From Lama guanicoe (Eukaryota): 64,000 nt of DNA. Below the pieces are notes generated by a model. It had not been told where the DNA came from, ran no database searches, and saw only the letters and a program-made list of their open reading frames with translations. The translations under genes and the position numbers were made by a program. Numbering within the stretch: the first letter of the stretch is position 1; the number at the start of each line of letters is the position of its first letter. The stretch covers positions 248,001-312,000 of the forward strand of contig MU053334.1 of the NCBI GenBank assembly GCA_013239625.1. The letters run 5' to 3'. This document shows, piece after piece, positions 43,201-56,335 of this stretch.

Positions 43201-46200
43201 GGCCTCACTCACCCCATAAACAGAAACCCTTCTGCTCAAACCCACGCAGCACGGCCAACGGCCTTGCTGTCACTGGCTGATCAGCCTTCAGAACAGATGC
43301 TCGAAACAAAGGCCACAGGGGTCAGGCAGACGGAGTTTCCCAGGGCTCTGCCATCTGGGAGGGGCGCGCCACACGCATGTCACAACTCCTGAGACCCCCC
43401 TCTGCTGGTTTCTGCGCAGCCTCGTCGGAGGCAGACTGCGCTCTGTAACAGCCGCCTGCAGGGCCGGTCCTGGGAGGGAAGCCGGTCCTCCTGCGTCTGA
43501 GGTCAGCCCCCCGAGCCCTTTCCTCAGGCGAAGGGGGTCCACATGTTCTGCCCCTGACAGCAGGCCAAGCAGATGACCAGGACCAAACCGTGCCCGCAGG
43601 AGCAGGGCTCAAGGTCAGGACAGCACCTGTGCCAGCAGCCACCGCGGGCGGGCCCCAGACACCGGGTGGCAAAGGCGCCCCTGCCCCGGGCCGCACAGAC
43701 TCCCTCTCGGAGCTGCTGTTCCCACGGGCGGTGGCACAGCCTTCGTGAGATGACTGATGTTGCAGAAAAAGCCAGAAAAACCATTAAGAGTTTATCGTCT
43801 TCTCCGTGGGGGCCGCCGGCAAGTATGAGAAGAGAAGGGGGATCAAAGCCAACGATGATGAGACAAACTCCTGGGGCCATCAGAGCCTCTGCTGTAAGCG
43901 GGGTCTGCTCGCCAGCTTCAGGGCGCCATCCAGATCCGTGCCCATGAAACCCACCCCCGGCTGCCAGGCTGGGCCCCCCCACCCGTGCTCGGCAGTGCCC
44001 AGGACCCCTGCCCTCAGCCTCCGCCACGCTGGCCATGGTCCCTTCCCTCCCGTCATCTGCTTGGATCCACGCGGAGAGAGTCTCTTGCCCTGGTCGTTGC
44101 GGGGTGAGGGCCTAGCTCACGCCGCCCGCTCCCTCCCAGGGGCCAGGAGCTCAGGGCGGACCTCTTGGCCGAGAGAGCACCAGCTGGACAGCTGCCCCCT
44201 CCTGCCCTCCTCCCCACCGGGCCCAGAGACCAGGCCTGCAGGGGTGTCCGCCCCCACTCCCGCCCTGCCAGTCAGGCCCAGAGACCAAGTCTGCAGGGCT
44301 GTCTGCCCACCCACTCCCCCAACCTTTGAGGCCGCCCCCGTACCTGTCCCAAGCTGTGAAGCTCTGTGGGACTGATGACTGCACGCAGCAGGGAGGGGCT
44401 ACAGTGGTCCCGGCTCCAGCTGCATGACCAGGCATCCCCCTTCACCCCTACACAACCCTGAGGAGCTCGCCACCACCATAGCCCCCCTGCATTCATCCCA
44501 CAGATGGCCTTTGACCTCAAAGGGCAACTGGGGTTCCACTGGCCACAGCTGACCCCAAAGCAGACCAGAAACCAGGAGGCCCTGGAAATGGGAGCCGCAC
44601 CTGCGGCCAAGCCCACAGGCTGCTTGAGTGTCTTGTCTCCCCTGGCCCTTCCAGAAGGCCAGCTCCTTCCTTACCACCCCTGGAAGCCACAGGCCCCCAT
44701 CCTGGGAGCCCCCGCTGTTGCCGGTCCTGCACATGTGTGTACTGTACATGAGCACGTGTGTGGCTGAGGGCCCAGGAGGGTGGGGGAGGAGCACAGGACA
44801 GGAGGCTGCCACCCAGGGCCCAAGCCCCCGTGTGCTGGGCCTGGAAGACCACAGCCCCGAGTGACGTGCTCAGCCTCGGCCTCTGGTGACATGTGGGGGG
44901 CTCTGCGGGGCAAGTGAGCGCCAAGCACAGAAGAGCAGCTGGCCAGGAAGCGAAGCCAGCATACCTGCCGCAGCAGCGTGGCCCACGGGCTCTTTCGTGT
45001 GAGGCCACTGGCCTGTAAGCGTCCAGCCACCAGATACTGTTCAACCTGATCCCATTAACTGGCCCTGCTCGAGTGAGCCGATGGCCGTGGGGTGACAAGA
45101 CAGTATCTCCCCCCAGAGCAGGGGGCTGCGGGTGCAGGCAGCACCCTAGGGCCTCTTTGTGCCCCCCACCTGCCAGTGCCCCACCCTGGGCCCCCCGTCT
45201 GCCCTCAGTCCTCACGCCGTGGTCCAGCCTCCTATGCCCAACACAGGGTGGACAGGGGAGTCAGAATGCGCGGCTCCAACAACCGGTGCCAGGTGCCCCA
45301 CCCCCCACCCCAGGGGGTCTGGAGGAGCCGCCTCACATGGCTGGGGAAGGCAAGCAGCCAGGCCAAGTGGTGGGAGCCATGACCACACAGCTCTGACCCC
45401 CCAAGGCCTCAAGCGTCCTGGTGGAGGGACTCAGCCTTGACCTGCTGAGCCGTGAGGACCTGCCAAGTCCACTCAGGTGTCCCGAGTGCACCGGCTCGGG
45501 TCCCAAGACCCTCCCTGGGCCAACACGTGCAGTGGCCCCGGGGGAATCTGGACGGGGCTGGGTGGTGACCAGGAAGAGCCTCTCTGCCCGAGCCTGCAGG
45601 GCACTCACCCGGGGCTGACGGCAGGCGGGATGACCAGGATGGCCAGAAGCCTGGCCTGGTGCAGCGCCTCGGCCACATGGGTCAGCATGTGAATGAGGCC
45701 CCTGCAAAGAACGAAGAAAAGGTCAGGAGTGGCTTGGCCGAGACGCACTTGGGCAGGCGCCCCTTCACAGCCCTTCCTGCCCGGGAGGCGCAGGCTCTGG
45801 GTTGGCCCCACTCGAGCACCAGGGCAGCCCTGGACCTTGGGGGCCGCCCTCTACCCTAGCCAGCCTGCCCCGGCCCCGCCCCTCCTCACACTCAGGGTCC
45901 CTCTAAGAGCAGCAGGGGTCCGTGCAGCGCCCCATCACCTCTGGACCCTCCCAGAGCAGAGCCAGGCAGGGATGAGGAGGGATCCCTGTGGACCAAGTGC
46001 ACTGGCCTGCCGGGGGCTGAGTCAGCCAGGCGGTGTGACACTGGAGGTGCCTCGGTATGAGAGGGGCATGGGGGCTGCTCCACCAAGGTGGCCTTGTGCT
46101 GACGGGACCCTAACCTCACCCCCAGGACGACTGCCTCACCTGTCCAGCCCCCCAGCTCAGATGCCAGGACACGGAGCTCTGCCTGCTTGACCCCAGGCAG

Positions 46201-49200
46201 GGGCGTGAGGAGGGAGCCCTGGCACATCGTGTGCCCAGACATAGGGGAGGAGCGTCCCTGTGGGCAGTGGGCCACCAGTGAGGGGACAGGGAGGGAGATG
46301 GCATCAGACTCCTCTGGCCCCTTGGCCTGTGGGAGGTGGCGGCAGGCCCAGTAGGAGCCCCTGTCAGGACGCCACTGGCAATACGTGGGCTGTGGAGGGG
46401 CTGGTGCTGATGAGCCTCAGCCCTGCAGGTCCCAGGCTGGCTCTGAGCTGTGTGTGTCCACTCTAGCCTGGCCCCTCCATCACTGCTGGGAGGCCCTGGG
46501 CCCAGTGGCTGACCCTCAGGAGCCACCTCCCTCTGGAGAAGAGGCGGCCAGTCCCACCCCCTCATGCGCAGGCGGGTCAGAGCGGCTGAGGGGCCGAACG
46601 TACGTGCAGCACCTCCCAGGTGGGCTGACGCAGAGCCCGTGGGCCTGGGCACGAGTCTTGTCCCAGAGGACTCCGCTGCTGTCTGCCGTGGCCCTGCAAG
46701 GCCACCTCTTCTCAAAGTCCCCAGGAAGGCTCCGTCATGCCACCCACCCAGCTAGACACCCCCCACAGCTGCTCCAGGGGTTCACGGAGCCACTCGCTGA
46801 CTTTCTTGGAGTTCTATCCCCACCCATGGGTGCAGACGTGGGAATAAGGCCCTCCTCTCAAACGGGCCACCGAACCCTCCTCTAGCCTCTTCCTGCCACC
46901 TGGGAGCCAGGAAGGGCGGAGGGCAGCCCGCCCGTCAGCCACCCAGAGCCCACTCACATGTGCTTCTGGCTCAGCAGCTGGCTCCAGACCTCCACCACGA
47001 AGCCGTCAAAGTGCTGGCTCTGAAAGGAGAGGGCACAGGTAAGAAGAGTCCCGGCAGCGCAGAGGGGCTGGGCTCCCACACACCCCATCCGCTAGCATGT
47101 CCCAGGGGGCACTCTCCTCCCTGCAGCCCAGCACCAGCGAGCTAGGGTGGGCACCCTCCCAGGAGGGTGGCAGACGGCTCACCCAGGGAAGGCCCTGCCC
47201 TAGAGACTCCCGTGGTCACAAAGGAGCCTGGAGCAGCCTGTGCCGGACCTGCCAGCGCCGGGCGTCACCTTGGCCACCTGCACGATGCTCCTGCCAAGCT
47301 CTTCTATCTCATCCTCGCTGTCCAGGGTGTCCCGGAAGTCCTCGGGAGTCCAGTCCTCAAACAGCAGCCGAGGCACTGGGAACAGAGCGGCCCAGAGGTA
47401 ACCCTCCTGGGCTCGGCCCTGCCCACAGCGTGGCCCTGCGCCTCCAGGGCACAGTGACCACAGCTGAGCACCCAGTGTGGTCCTCCCAGTGCCATGTGGC
47501 CTGGCAAGGGAGAGCACTGGGGGGCGCTGGGAGAGGACAGACACTGACCCTTTGTTTCCTGCACATGCCAGGCCTCCGAGTGCCCAGACCCTGCTCCTCC
47601 AGCTCCCCCTCAACGCTCCCTGCGGGCCCCCTCCCAGCTCCTCCTGCTCAACGGTTACATGCTCCCCAGAGCCCCTCTCCCCTCTCCGCAGTCACACATT
47701 CAACAGCCCTGTGCGACGGGCCCCTCTCTCACCAGCCATTGGCTCCAGGAAGGGGCTGGGCAGGGTGAGCGTCAGCCCCAGTAAGTGCTCGTGGGTGAGT
47801 GAGGAGATGGGAGGGCAAAGGCCACGGGGAGAGGCCCCCAGGGCTCCAGCTGGCCTGAGGGCCATGCATGTTGGCTCGGGCTGGCCACGTTTCTGAGCGG
47901 TTGGGAGTGACCCCCGTGAGAGGCAGCACAGCCTGGGTCACAGGCCCATGGGGAGGCCCAGGCCCCCTAGCCCGTACTGCACGGCCTAGAGGCCGAGGAC
48001 CCCGACCACCCGGGCCCACCGGACTCACCGATGTGTAAGCCCCTGCTCTGCTTCCTGACGGCCCGCAGCCACCCTGCGGGACGTGGAGAGGACAGTCAAC
48101 ATGGGGACACAGCCCCTCGCCTGTGTGATGACCCAGCCTGCTCCCGAGGAGAAAATGCGGCCCCTCCGCCTCTGCTACGGGAGCACAGCAGGGGGGCGGC
48201 AGGAGAGAACATGCGCCCCCCCTCCACAGAGCAGCTGGGACCAGTGGACCAGCGGCCGCCCCAGGTGCCATGACTCCGCAGGGCCTGAGACTGTTCTGAG
48301 CTGAGGGCGTCGGAGGCCGGGCCCTGCGACGCCCAGCCGTGTCCTCTGACACATGGCCCATCAGCATCAGAACCCACCCCAGATCCGGGAACTCGACAAC
48401 CAACTAACACACTCTCTCTCTGAACCCCCAAGGGGGCACATCTGTGTCAACTCGGGTGCATGCCCCCAAACATGGCTGTCAGGACACCCAGGCCTCACCT
48501 TCTCCTGGACACTCTGTCCCAGAGCCTCCCCCCAGACGCCTCTGCCCTGGACACCCAGCCCTGACACCACCTCCTTGGACACCGTGTACAAACCACCAAG
48601 GGAAACGGGTGCGGGTCAAGGTGGGCAGTGACCACACTCACACACACTCAGACACGCTCACACACCTTCCCCCCACCCCACGTCCACTCACACCCCCCGG
48701 GCCCTCGGGACGAGTGCGAGCAAGCAGCAGGGTGAGAACCTTGGTCCACGCCGTCAAGGCCCGTGACCTCGAACATTTCGCGGCCGCGCCTCCGCAGCTG
48801 CAGCCACACAGGGGAGATCTGGGTGAATTTGCCCCCGAAGATCTTGGCGACATCGTAGCCATGGCTGTTCCACTGGCAGAGGGCAGAGAGTGGTCAGCCC
48901 GTCTGCAGCTGGGGCCAGAGGGCCTGAGAGCCGCCCCTGGGCTGGGGCACCATGGGGTCGCCCTGCCATGTAGACCGAGACCCTGGGGCAATTCTGGCTA
49001 CTCCTCTGGGCAGCATCGCTCCCACTGCACCCCTCCCCCGGATGGCCTGGGGAGGTGAGGACACAGACCCAGTGGCCACCTTGCCCTTGGTACCACCCTG
49101 CCCACCTCAGGGCCCAGCTTACTGGAGTGACGTAGCCCAGGACCTCCCCAGCAAAGTGCCTCCTCCGGGCTTTGGCCGAACAGTAGCTGCGATGCTCAAG

Positions 49201-49946
49201 AACCACGTCCTCAGCTCTGAGGTCGGTCACCACCAGCCCCCGCTCCTGGACCGGCTTATCTGAAAACTGAGTCTAAAGCACGAGGAACAGGGAGAAAACT
49301 GTCGGCATCCAGCCCCAGGCAGAGCCCCAGGGACGGCAGCCGGCCCCTCAGTCAGCAGGGACTGTGTCCTGGGATCAACACGGAGCTGCTGACTGCGAGC
49401 CCACAGGGAGAGGCCCACATGTGAGGAGCTGACAGTCCCCGAAGACCCACTCTGCCTCCCTGGGGCCGTCCCCGGAAAACAGCACAAAGACACAGCCTAG
49501 CCTGGCGTGGCTCCTGTCCGATTTGCTCGACTGCCTCGAACAGTATAGCTCAATGAAGCAGGAAAGGGCGCAGGTGGGGAGAGACACAGAAGGCAGGGTA
49601 GGAGCGGAAATGTGGACACAGCCACAGGAGACAGCCCGGTGGGGCAGGCGCACCCTTAGGCCCCAGCCCCAGGAGCTGCTGCCCCTAAGGCCCCTGCAGA
49701 GCCCCGGGCGGCACAGAGCTGGCTGCCCACAGTGGCCAAGCGCCCAGCTCTCAGCTCCCAGGCCACATCACAGGCCCTGGTGGGCAAGAAGGCACGATGG
49801 GGCAGCCCTTCGGCCAGCCCCCGGACCATCCCTACCTTCTCCAGCAGTGTCTTCGAGGCAGCCTTTTTGGCATCTGACTTTGACAGGGTGGTGTGCACAG
49901 AGCCACAGGCCAGGGCCAGCCAGAGTGTGCTGAGCAGCGCCCACAT
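34251..49946 (-). CDS. CHID1: chitinase domain-containing protein 1 (SI-CLP; catalytically inactive GH18 family), 393 aa, 12 coding exons
   Basis: Exons 49946-49836, 49272-49123, 48872-48740, 48073-48029, 47375-47269, 47019-46958, 45701-45609, 41935-41834, 41254-41099, 34887-34807, 34585-34543, 34349-34251. Phases are consistent; sum 1182 nt. Signal peptide [19 protein letters not shown], then VLGYVTPWN, a degenerate GH18 motif FDGFVVE (no DxDxE), LMTYDY, and the end [18 protein letters not shown]. Confidence 0.97.
39275..39650 (+). mobile_element. MaLR LTR, MLT1B-like
   Basis: Hallmark segments ccccaggaacctcagaatgtgactctatttgaa, gggtgggtcctaatcc..gactggtgtccttacaagaagag and gaagacggcc. Shares blocks with the copy at 58877. 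Confidence 0.8.
40430..40900 (+). mobile_element. highly diverged, GC-shifted LINE-1 ORF1-region remnant in a CHID1 intron
   Basis: A/G-skewed tract whose blocks (cccggaaggggagggagaaaggg, tacctgaagagagcggctg, ggctcagcgagaaccagg, cctttaaggttctgg, aaaacgtcctccaaaaaccgaag) follow the order of old L1 ORF1 consensus blocks as recalled. Confidence 0.5.
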
Positions 49947-50329
49947 GCTGGGGGTGTCAGAGCAGGCTCCAATGTCGGAGTCCTGGGGGCTGCAGAGAGA
50001 GCAGAGGATATGAAGTCCACCAGCAGACGGGGTGTCCCCTCTGCCTCCTGGAGCACGTGTCCTAATGGAGCCTGGGTCCTCCCAGACACCCAGAAAGAGC
50101 CCGCTGTGCGGCAGGCCAGAGGGCCCTCCCCCACTGCCTCAGGGCCACCCGAACTTTGGCCCCCAATTAGCAAAACATAGGCTCCCCACCTCCTCAAACC
50201 CAAGAAATGTGGCTACCAGCTACCAGCTTCAGTGCAAAATAACAGAGCCACGGAAAGGACTTGAAGAGAACATGGTTACCGGTGCGTTTAAATGTGGGGG
50301 TGGGGGCGGGTTTTTCACCTGTGTCGGCC

Positions 50330-50580
50330 ACAGTGTAGCTTACAAAGCAAAGCGTTAGAAGAGTTTACTACTTAAAACTGAGAGACTTTCCCTTAGGAAG
50401 CAAGACGTTGATTGGAACAAATAAACAAAACAGGAAAACACTTACAACGTACTTGACAGTAAGCTTCTATCTGCCTTGTACCTGTAACACGCAAAGGACT
50501 CTTAAAAACTGATTACAAAAGACACTCCAGTAAGAAACACCCCACTGCAGAAATAAGGAAGAGTCGTGAAGAGGTGTAGG
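50330..50580 (+). mobile_element. probable ancient L1 ORF2/3' fragment
   Basis: A-rich island in GC-rich surroundings (acttaaaactgagagacttt...aaaggactcttaaaaactgattacaaaagacac). Family assignment is tentative. Confidence 0.35.
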
Positions 50581-53479
50581 ACAGAAACCCCGTGACTCGC
50601 CCATGCCTCATCACAGACACCCCGAGCCCCAGAGAGAGCACCTGGCTTCCAGCGATCACAGGAACGGACACTGACGGGAGACGGTGTGTCCGCCCAGCAC
50701 TGGCGAGGACGCTGCCTCGAGGACCCAGGGCAGCAATAACTCTCACAGCTGTCCCTGGGAATTCAAGCTGATGACACTTTTGCCAGTGACAACCTGATAG
50801 TGAATATTACACTCTCCGATGCGTGTTTCCACTTGTTTGCAAATTCCACTATGGGGGCTGTCACGCCTATTAGACCCCGCACGAGGCCCCCACAGAGAGA
50901 GGGACGGATGGACAGACGGACGGGGGAAGTAAACAAGCAGGCCCTCTGGACCGCTGGCTGCTCTGTCTTCCCTTTGGCTTTGTCTGCTTCCTGGCATTCC
51001 CGTGCGGGACGTTCTTTGGCTGGCAGGGCATTTCACGGTCCGGGGCCCCACCTCTCCCCCGTGATCCTGCCTCCTTGTCTTTCTCTCTTGGGGCAGCTGA
51101 GCAAAGAGTCGGCTCAGGCGGGCCGTGGTCCCTGATGAGGCTTGAAGACACGCAGATAAGGCTTGGACTTTTATTTTCAGTTTATAAGACAAGCCTGTCG
51201 GTCAATGATCTCATTGTCCCAGCAGCATGCTCCCCCTCAGCCCAGCCAAGGGGTCGCTGGTCCAGAGGAGACCCTGGACCCCTACGCTACTAGGAGTTGG
51301 AGGCTGACCCAGCCCCCTGCCCAGGGGCGGGCACCCTGGGGACCCTCCTGGGCACCTGTCCCTCCACCACAACCACTTCCTGGCCAGAAGCTTGTTTTCT
51401 CAGCCTGCCTCTCTGCGCAGAGCAGCACATGCCCCTGCTTGGAGCTGTCGCCCCCACCCTCCCCACCCCTGTGAGATGGGCGCTCCTGGTGCAGACTGCC
51501 CCGGGCAGCAAGTTTCCACACTGGGGCACCTGATACACCCACTGCATACCTGCGTGGGGCCTTGGGAGAATGGGGCCCTGGGGCTCCCTCCCCAAAAACA
51601 AGGAGGCACAATGGCAGGACCAGATACCTCCAAAGGGGTGTGGGGGATACGAGGACGCAGGCCAAGTGTGCCCTCCCTGCCAGCCCCTCTCCCTGGTAAC
51701 ACTGCCCAGCGTCAGATTCACCCAGAACAGCAGCCTCTGCCACCCCAGGCCAACCCTGGCATCTCACCACCACAGTTGTGGGACCTGAGCTCCTTGGCCA
51801 CAGCCCAGGGCTCGGAAGGGCCCTGTGGGAGAGGGACACTGGACATGGCAGGGATGGGCGGCCCAGAATCACCCAGCACTCCCTCGGCCAGTCTGAGACT
51901 GTGGCTACTAAGCTGTGAGGACCAACCCCAAGCAGCCTGGCCACCACAAGGCCGGAAAAACACCTAGGCAAACATGCTTCTGGAGTGAGGGCTCACATGA
52001 GTGGCTGCAGAGCTGACACGCCGGGCACCAGAGGGACACCTGCCCCTGCCAGGGGTGGGGCCTACTCTGCCAGGACCCCATCTTCAACCCCGGCCCCCTC
52101 GGGCCTCTCTGTGGTTGCTGGCTCCGCTCCGGCTCCAGGGTGGAGGTCTGGGTCACTGAGGATGGAAAGGGATGAGAAATCAAGCAGGAGCTGGCCCTCT
52201 TGAAGCCGTCCAGCAGGGATTTGGGGGTGCTCCCAGAGAGCCCTCTGCCTGACCCCTGACCTGTGATTTCACAGCACAGGAAAGAACAAAGAGGAAAGGG
52301 TGGTGATGGGACTGCTCTGGAGGAAGGGAGGCAGGCCTCCCGCTGGCTCCCCTGCCCTGTGGAAGGGCAACGGGAGAAGCGGACCAAGTGCGAGGCCTGG
52401 GCTGGCACTGCCCTGAGTGCCCAAAAACAGTGGGCCAGCCCTAGGGCGCAGCTCGGCAGCATCAGGGGGAGTGCTGGGCTGCTCCTGGAACGGCCATGGA
52501 ACTTTCTAGACCTACTGTCTGCACCTCAGTGGCAGGGACATGTCAGCTGTGCTGTGCGGGTGCTTAGGCCATGACAAGGCCCCACCCGGGTGGCTCCCAG
52601 GACCCCCCACTGTGCATTTTGGTGAGGTGTCTGCTGGCCCCTCCACCCTGAGGCCTGAGGGCAAACTCTCCATCAAGCTCTTCAAAGAGCCGACTTCTGG
52701 GCTCACACACTGTTTCTGCCCAAAACGTGTTCCTTCCCTGCACACTAGTAACTCTTTGGGCAGAGCGGCCTCTGCAGTGTGGTGTGCAGTGGCTGGTTCA
52801 CACTCATGGTCACACGGGGGGGTCATCACAAACACAGACCAGAGGGCCCTTGGAGGTGGGGTCTCAGACCTGCTGCCTGACTCGCTAGTGACCAAAAGCC
52901 CCGCTTCCCCAGGGCTCCAAGGTTTTGGGAGGATGCTTCAGCAGTGTCGGCTGAAGCACGGCAAAACGCCTTTCATCAAGACCCACGGTAAGAAAAAGTT
53001 TGTGGTAACCAGGTATGCACACGCATGTTGTGGGTGTGCACGTGTGTCATATGTATGCATAGACTGAGAGGAGATGATCAGAGCTAACCCTGCTGAGACG
53101 TACTCTGACATTTTCTACTTCATCTTTAATAAGCTGGTTTTTATCCATCGTATCTGTTTCACTCCTCAGTGACATGCAATTTAAGAGACGCTGCTGGACA
53201 CGCCTGGGTGTGCGTCACCCACACCTGGTGGGACCCCTGAGCCAAGTGCCTCATGAACAGAATGCTCCCGTTCCCACAGCACGTGCTATTCTCACCTGTG
53301 AGCACAAATTTTGGAGCCCACTGTGCTCCCGCCGGGAGAGGCGAGGTGGGAAGAGAAGAGAGTGAAAGAGGTGGGACGACCACAGCCTGGCTGACTTTAT
53401 CAGCCCCGTGCTGCGTTAACCGCGGGTCTGTTCAGACCCCGGGAGCAGGCACTGCGTCGTTCCCTCCACAAATGAGGCC

Positions 53480-54720
53480 GAGGAAGCCGCCCCGAGGCAG
53501 CCCTGGTGGGCGGTGAGCGGCCGCCGGGCGACCCCAGCTCCACAGGCGGCGGAAGCGAGATGGGATGGAGGTCGGGGTCGGCCGCCCAACCGCGGTCCCC
53601 CGACTGCTGCGGGCTCATGCCTAGGAGCCCCTCCCCAGTGCGGAAGATCTGCAGCCTTCAGCGTCTGGGACTGAGGCGAAGAGGGAGTCAGCCTAGAGCG
53701 CCCCAAAGCGCATCGGGGTCACCCGCCCCCGCGCTGGCCCGCCCTGCCCGCAGCCACTCTCGCTGCCGCCCACACAGGCTCGCGCCTCCCGCTCCTCCCG
53801 CTGCCCACGCCTCGTCCTCTCGTGCGCACCCGCTGTCACACCGCCTCCCGTCCACGCCCGCCGCCCCTCCTGGCCGCACACGCAACCCCGCGCGCCCACT
53901 CCGCGGAGGGGAACTGAGGCCCTGGGAGCCGGGGAAGCAGGCGCCGGAACTCGGGGCGCGAACGCCACCCCGGCGGGCCGCCGCGGGGCTCACCTGCATG
54001 TCGCAGGGCTCACCTGCATGTCCCGGAGGGCCACCGGACCCCCCTCTCGCGTGGCCGGAAGACGCTCGCTAACGCCGCCGGAAGTCCCGCCCCAGGAGGC
54101 CCCCGCGCCGCCGCCGCGCACAGCACGCTGGGGGGGGGNNNNNNNNNNNNNNNNNNNNNNNNNNNNGGGGGGGGGTCCCGGCTACGGGCCGAGGGGCGGG
54201 GCCTGGAGGACAGAACCCGGGGGAGGATCGATCTCGGGGCGGAGCGAGGCCGAGGGGCGAGACCGGGCCGGGGCGGAGCGCTGGGCGGGGCGGGGCTGAC
54301 GCTGGGGGCGGGGCGAATCAGAGGCTCAGAGGGGCTGGGCCAGGGGCGGAGCCGACCCAGAGGAGGAGCCCGGCGGGGACTCGGCGGGGTCCAGACTCGG
54401 GCACCCGAACTGAGAGCCCGCGCGCGCCGACCCCGGCCTTCCGTGGGCCCTGGCCTCTGATGGGAACCAAACGCCCTCTCTCGAGAGCTGGCGCGGAGGT
54501 CTGGGTTCCAAGGGGCGCGCAGTCCCCTCTCCTCCCCAGCGCACGCTCTGTGGAAGGCCCGGCTCCGGGTGCGATGTCTGCGCTGCGACCACCTGGGTGA
54601 CCACCAGGGCGCGCCGCGGGCTCCAAGGCCTTTGCCCAGCCGGGCAGGGGGCCGAGGGGACCTCGCAGGACCGACCTCCCGCACTTCCACGTTCTCTCTT
54701 GGACCCAGGAATCGCCTCTC
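53480..54720 (-). promoter_or_regulatory. CHID1 CpG-island promoter and exon 1 (donors at 54014/54013 and 53994/53993)
   Basis: CpG-dense. ETS motif ccggaagt at 54078-54085 next to a GC box. CAG|GTGAG donors on the - strand. 28-N gap at 54139-54166. The exon-2 acceptor tctctctgcag| opens at 49989. Confidence 0.75.
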
Positions 54721-56251
54721 CAGGCTTTCCTCCTACCGCCTAGGGGCTGCCCCCCAGCCTAGCGCTCCTCCGTCATCCCCCAGGTCTCCCTGGATGAGCC
54801 TTTGTCAGTCCTTGGCTTTGGTCACTATCCAGGGGCCAGTGGTACCCAGCACGGTGTCTGGAGCAAGGAATCGTGCTCCAGGCCCTCTGAATGGCCCTTG
54901 GACATCAAAAATCCCACGTATCTTAGACTCAGCGCGCCCTCTGTCCTCACCTCCAGGAACGCTGGCACATTTCACCTGCAGATCTCACAGCTGGAACCTT
55001 CCAGAGGCCAATAGTACCACCCCCACCCCACCACCATCTCAGCCCCCAGCAAGAGGAGTCAGTGAGCCTCTGGGATGGACTGGATGCAAAGTGGCCAGTA
55101 GTTTAAATCACAAGGCATTTTACACCTCATACAAGCTGACAGATCCCTAGCGTTCCCAGCAGTTTCCTGCAGAAAACCGCACAGCCCGTCCCCACCCCAG
55201 CCCTACTCAGCCAGCCCCAGGACCCACTGCACAGCTGTTTCCCCATTTCTGCTGCTCATGAGGCTCCTCCCTGAGCTGAACTTTGTTCTCTTTCTTCCTA
55301 CTCATGTTTCCTTCTTTCTCTTCCCCATATTTCCTGCCAGCTAACCCCCCTCCAAGTCTTCCCAGGGCCTGGGGTTTGGTGTGTGTCCTGAGGCATGGCA
55401 CATACCAATGCAACAGCTCTGCATTCCCCGCACTCAGCTCAGCCCTGAGGCCAGACATTTGGGGTAGTAGCGCCAGGTCAGGCAGAGCTCTGGAGAGGGC
55501 CTGAAGGCTACGCTGGATGCAGCCCTAGGAACACCAAGGAGACCCCAGCAAGGCCAAAGTTCTCTTGGTAAAGCATTTAGTCACCTTAGGATCCCACTGA
55601 GTGCAGAGGTCTTTGGAGCTAAAGAATTGTGAAATCACTGTGTTCAGTCTGAGCCAGCACTGCATCCTCCAAGAGCAGGCAGGAAGGAGGGGCAGGGAGC
55701 CCCACACCAGCTCCCCCTGCAGAGATCCCACTGTGCAGGGTTTGGGGGTTCTGTGGGGTTGTGAGCACAAGCTGTCAGCCTCCCAGCTGGCATAGCTGGT
55801 GCCAAGGGGCCCCAGAACCCAGATTGAAAACTGACTGCTTTGAATGATAGCTATCAGCCAGCCATAGGGAGATTTAGAATAAGGCATAGAAAGGGTTAAG
55901 AGAATCAGAACCATGCCGTTAGCACTTACATATTAAGTGAAACCTGAACACATTTGCTATTTCAGGTTTCTGGAACATTTCAGACAACTTGGGGCTCACC
56001 ATTTTGAATATTTAATCTACTGAGTATATGAGCACTTGGAGCACCAGAGGTTTTGCTGCCAATTCAGACAAGCTAAAGCACATAAGAAGGGAATAAAATA
56101 TATTTAACTCATAAATTCAGTTCAAAATCTTAAAAATGCTTAATTACCAGAAAAGTAAATAAAGTATATATTTAAAAAAAAAGCTTAATTAACTGAGTTT
56201 GTAGGTGGAACCAAATATTATGCAGAGGGCCCTTAAAAATGACTATAAAAT

Positions 56252-56335
56252 TGAGGGGTGGGTATAGCTCAGTGGTAGAACATATGCTTAGCGTGCATTA
56301 AGCCCTGGGTTCAATCCCCAGTACCTCCATTAAAA
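56252..56335 (+). mobile_element. tRNA-Ala-derived SINE (camelid Vic-1-like) with 17-bp target-site duplication
   Basis: A box TAGCTCAGTGG (56265-56275), B box GGTTCAATCCC (56308-56318), tRNA-Ala(AGC)-like body and A tail. TSD aaaaatgactataaaat at 56235-56251 and 56336-56352, preceded by TT (L1 endonuclease TT/AAAA site). Confidence 0.88.

Noticed and set aside
56258-56329. Functional tRNA-Ala gene
   Set aside because: The stems carry mismatches, there is an A tail instead of a T-run terminator, and it is flanked by a TSD, so it is a retroposed SINE.
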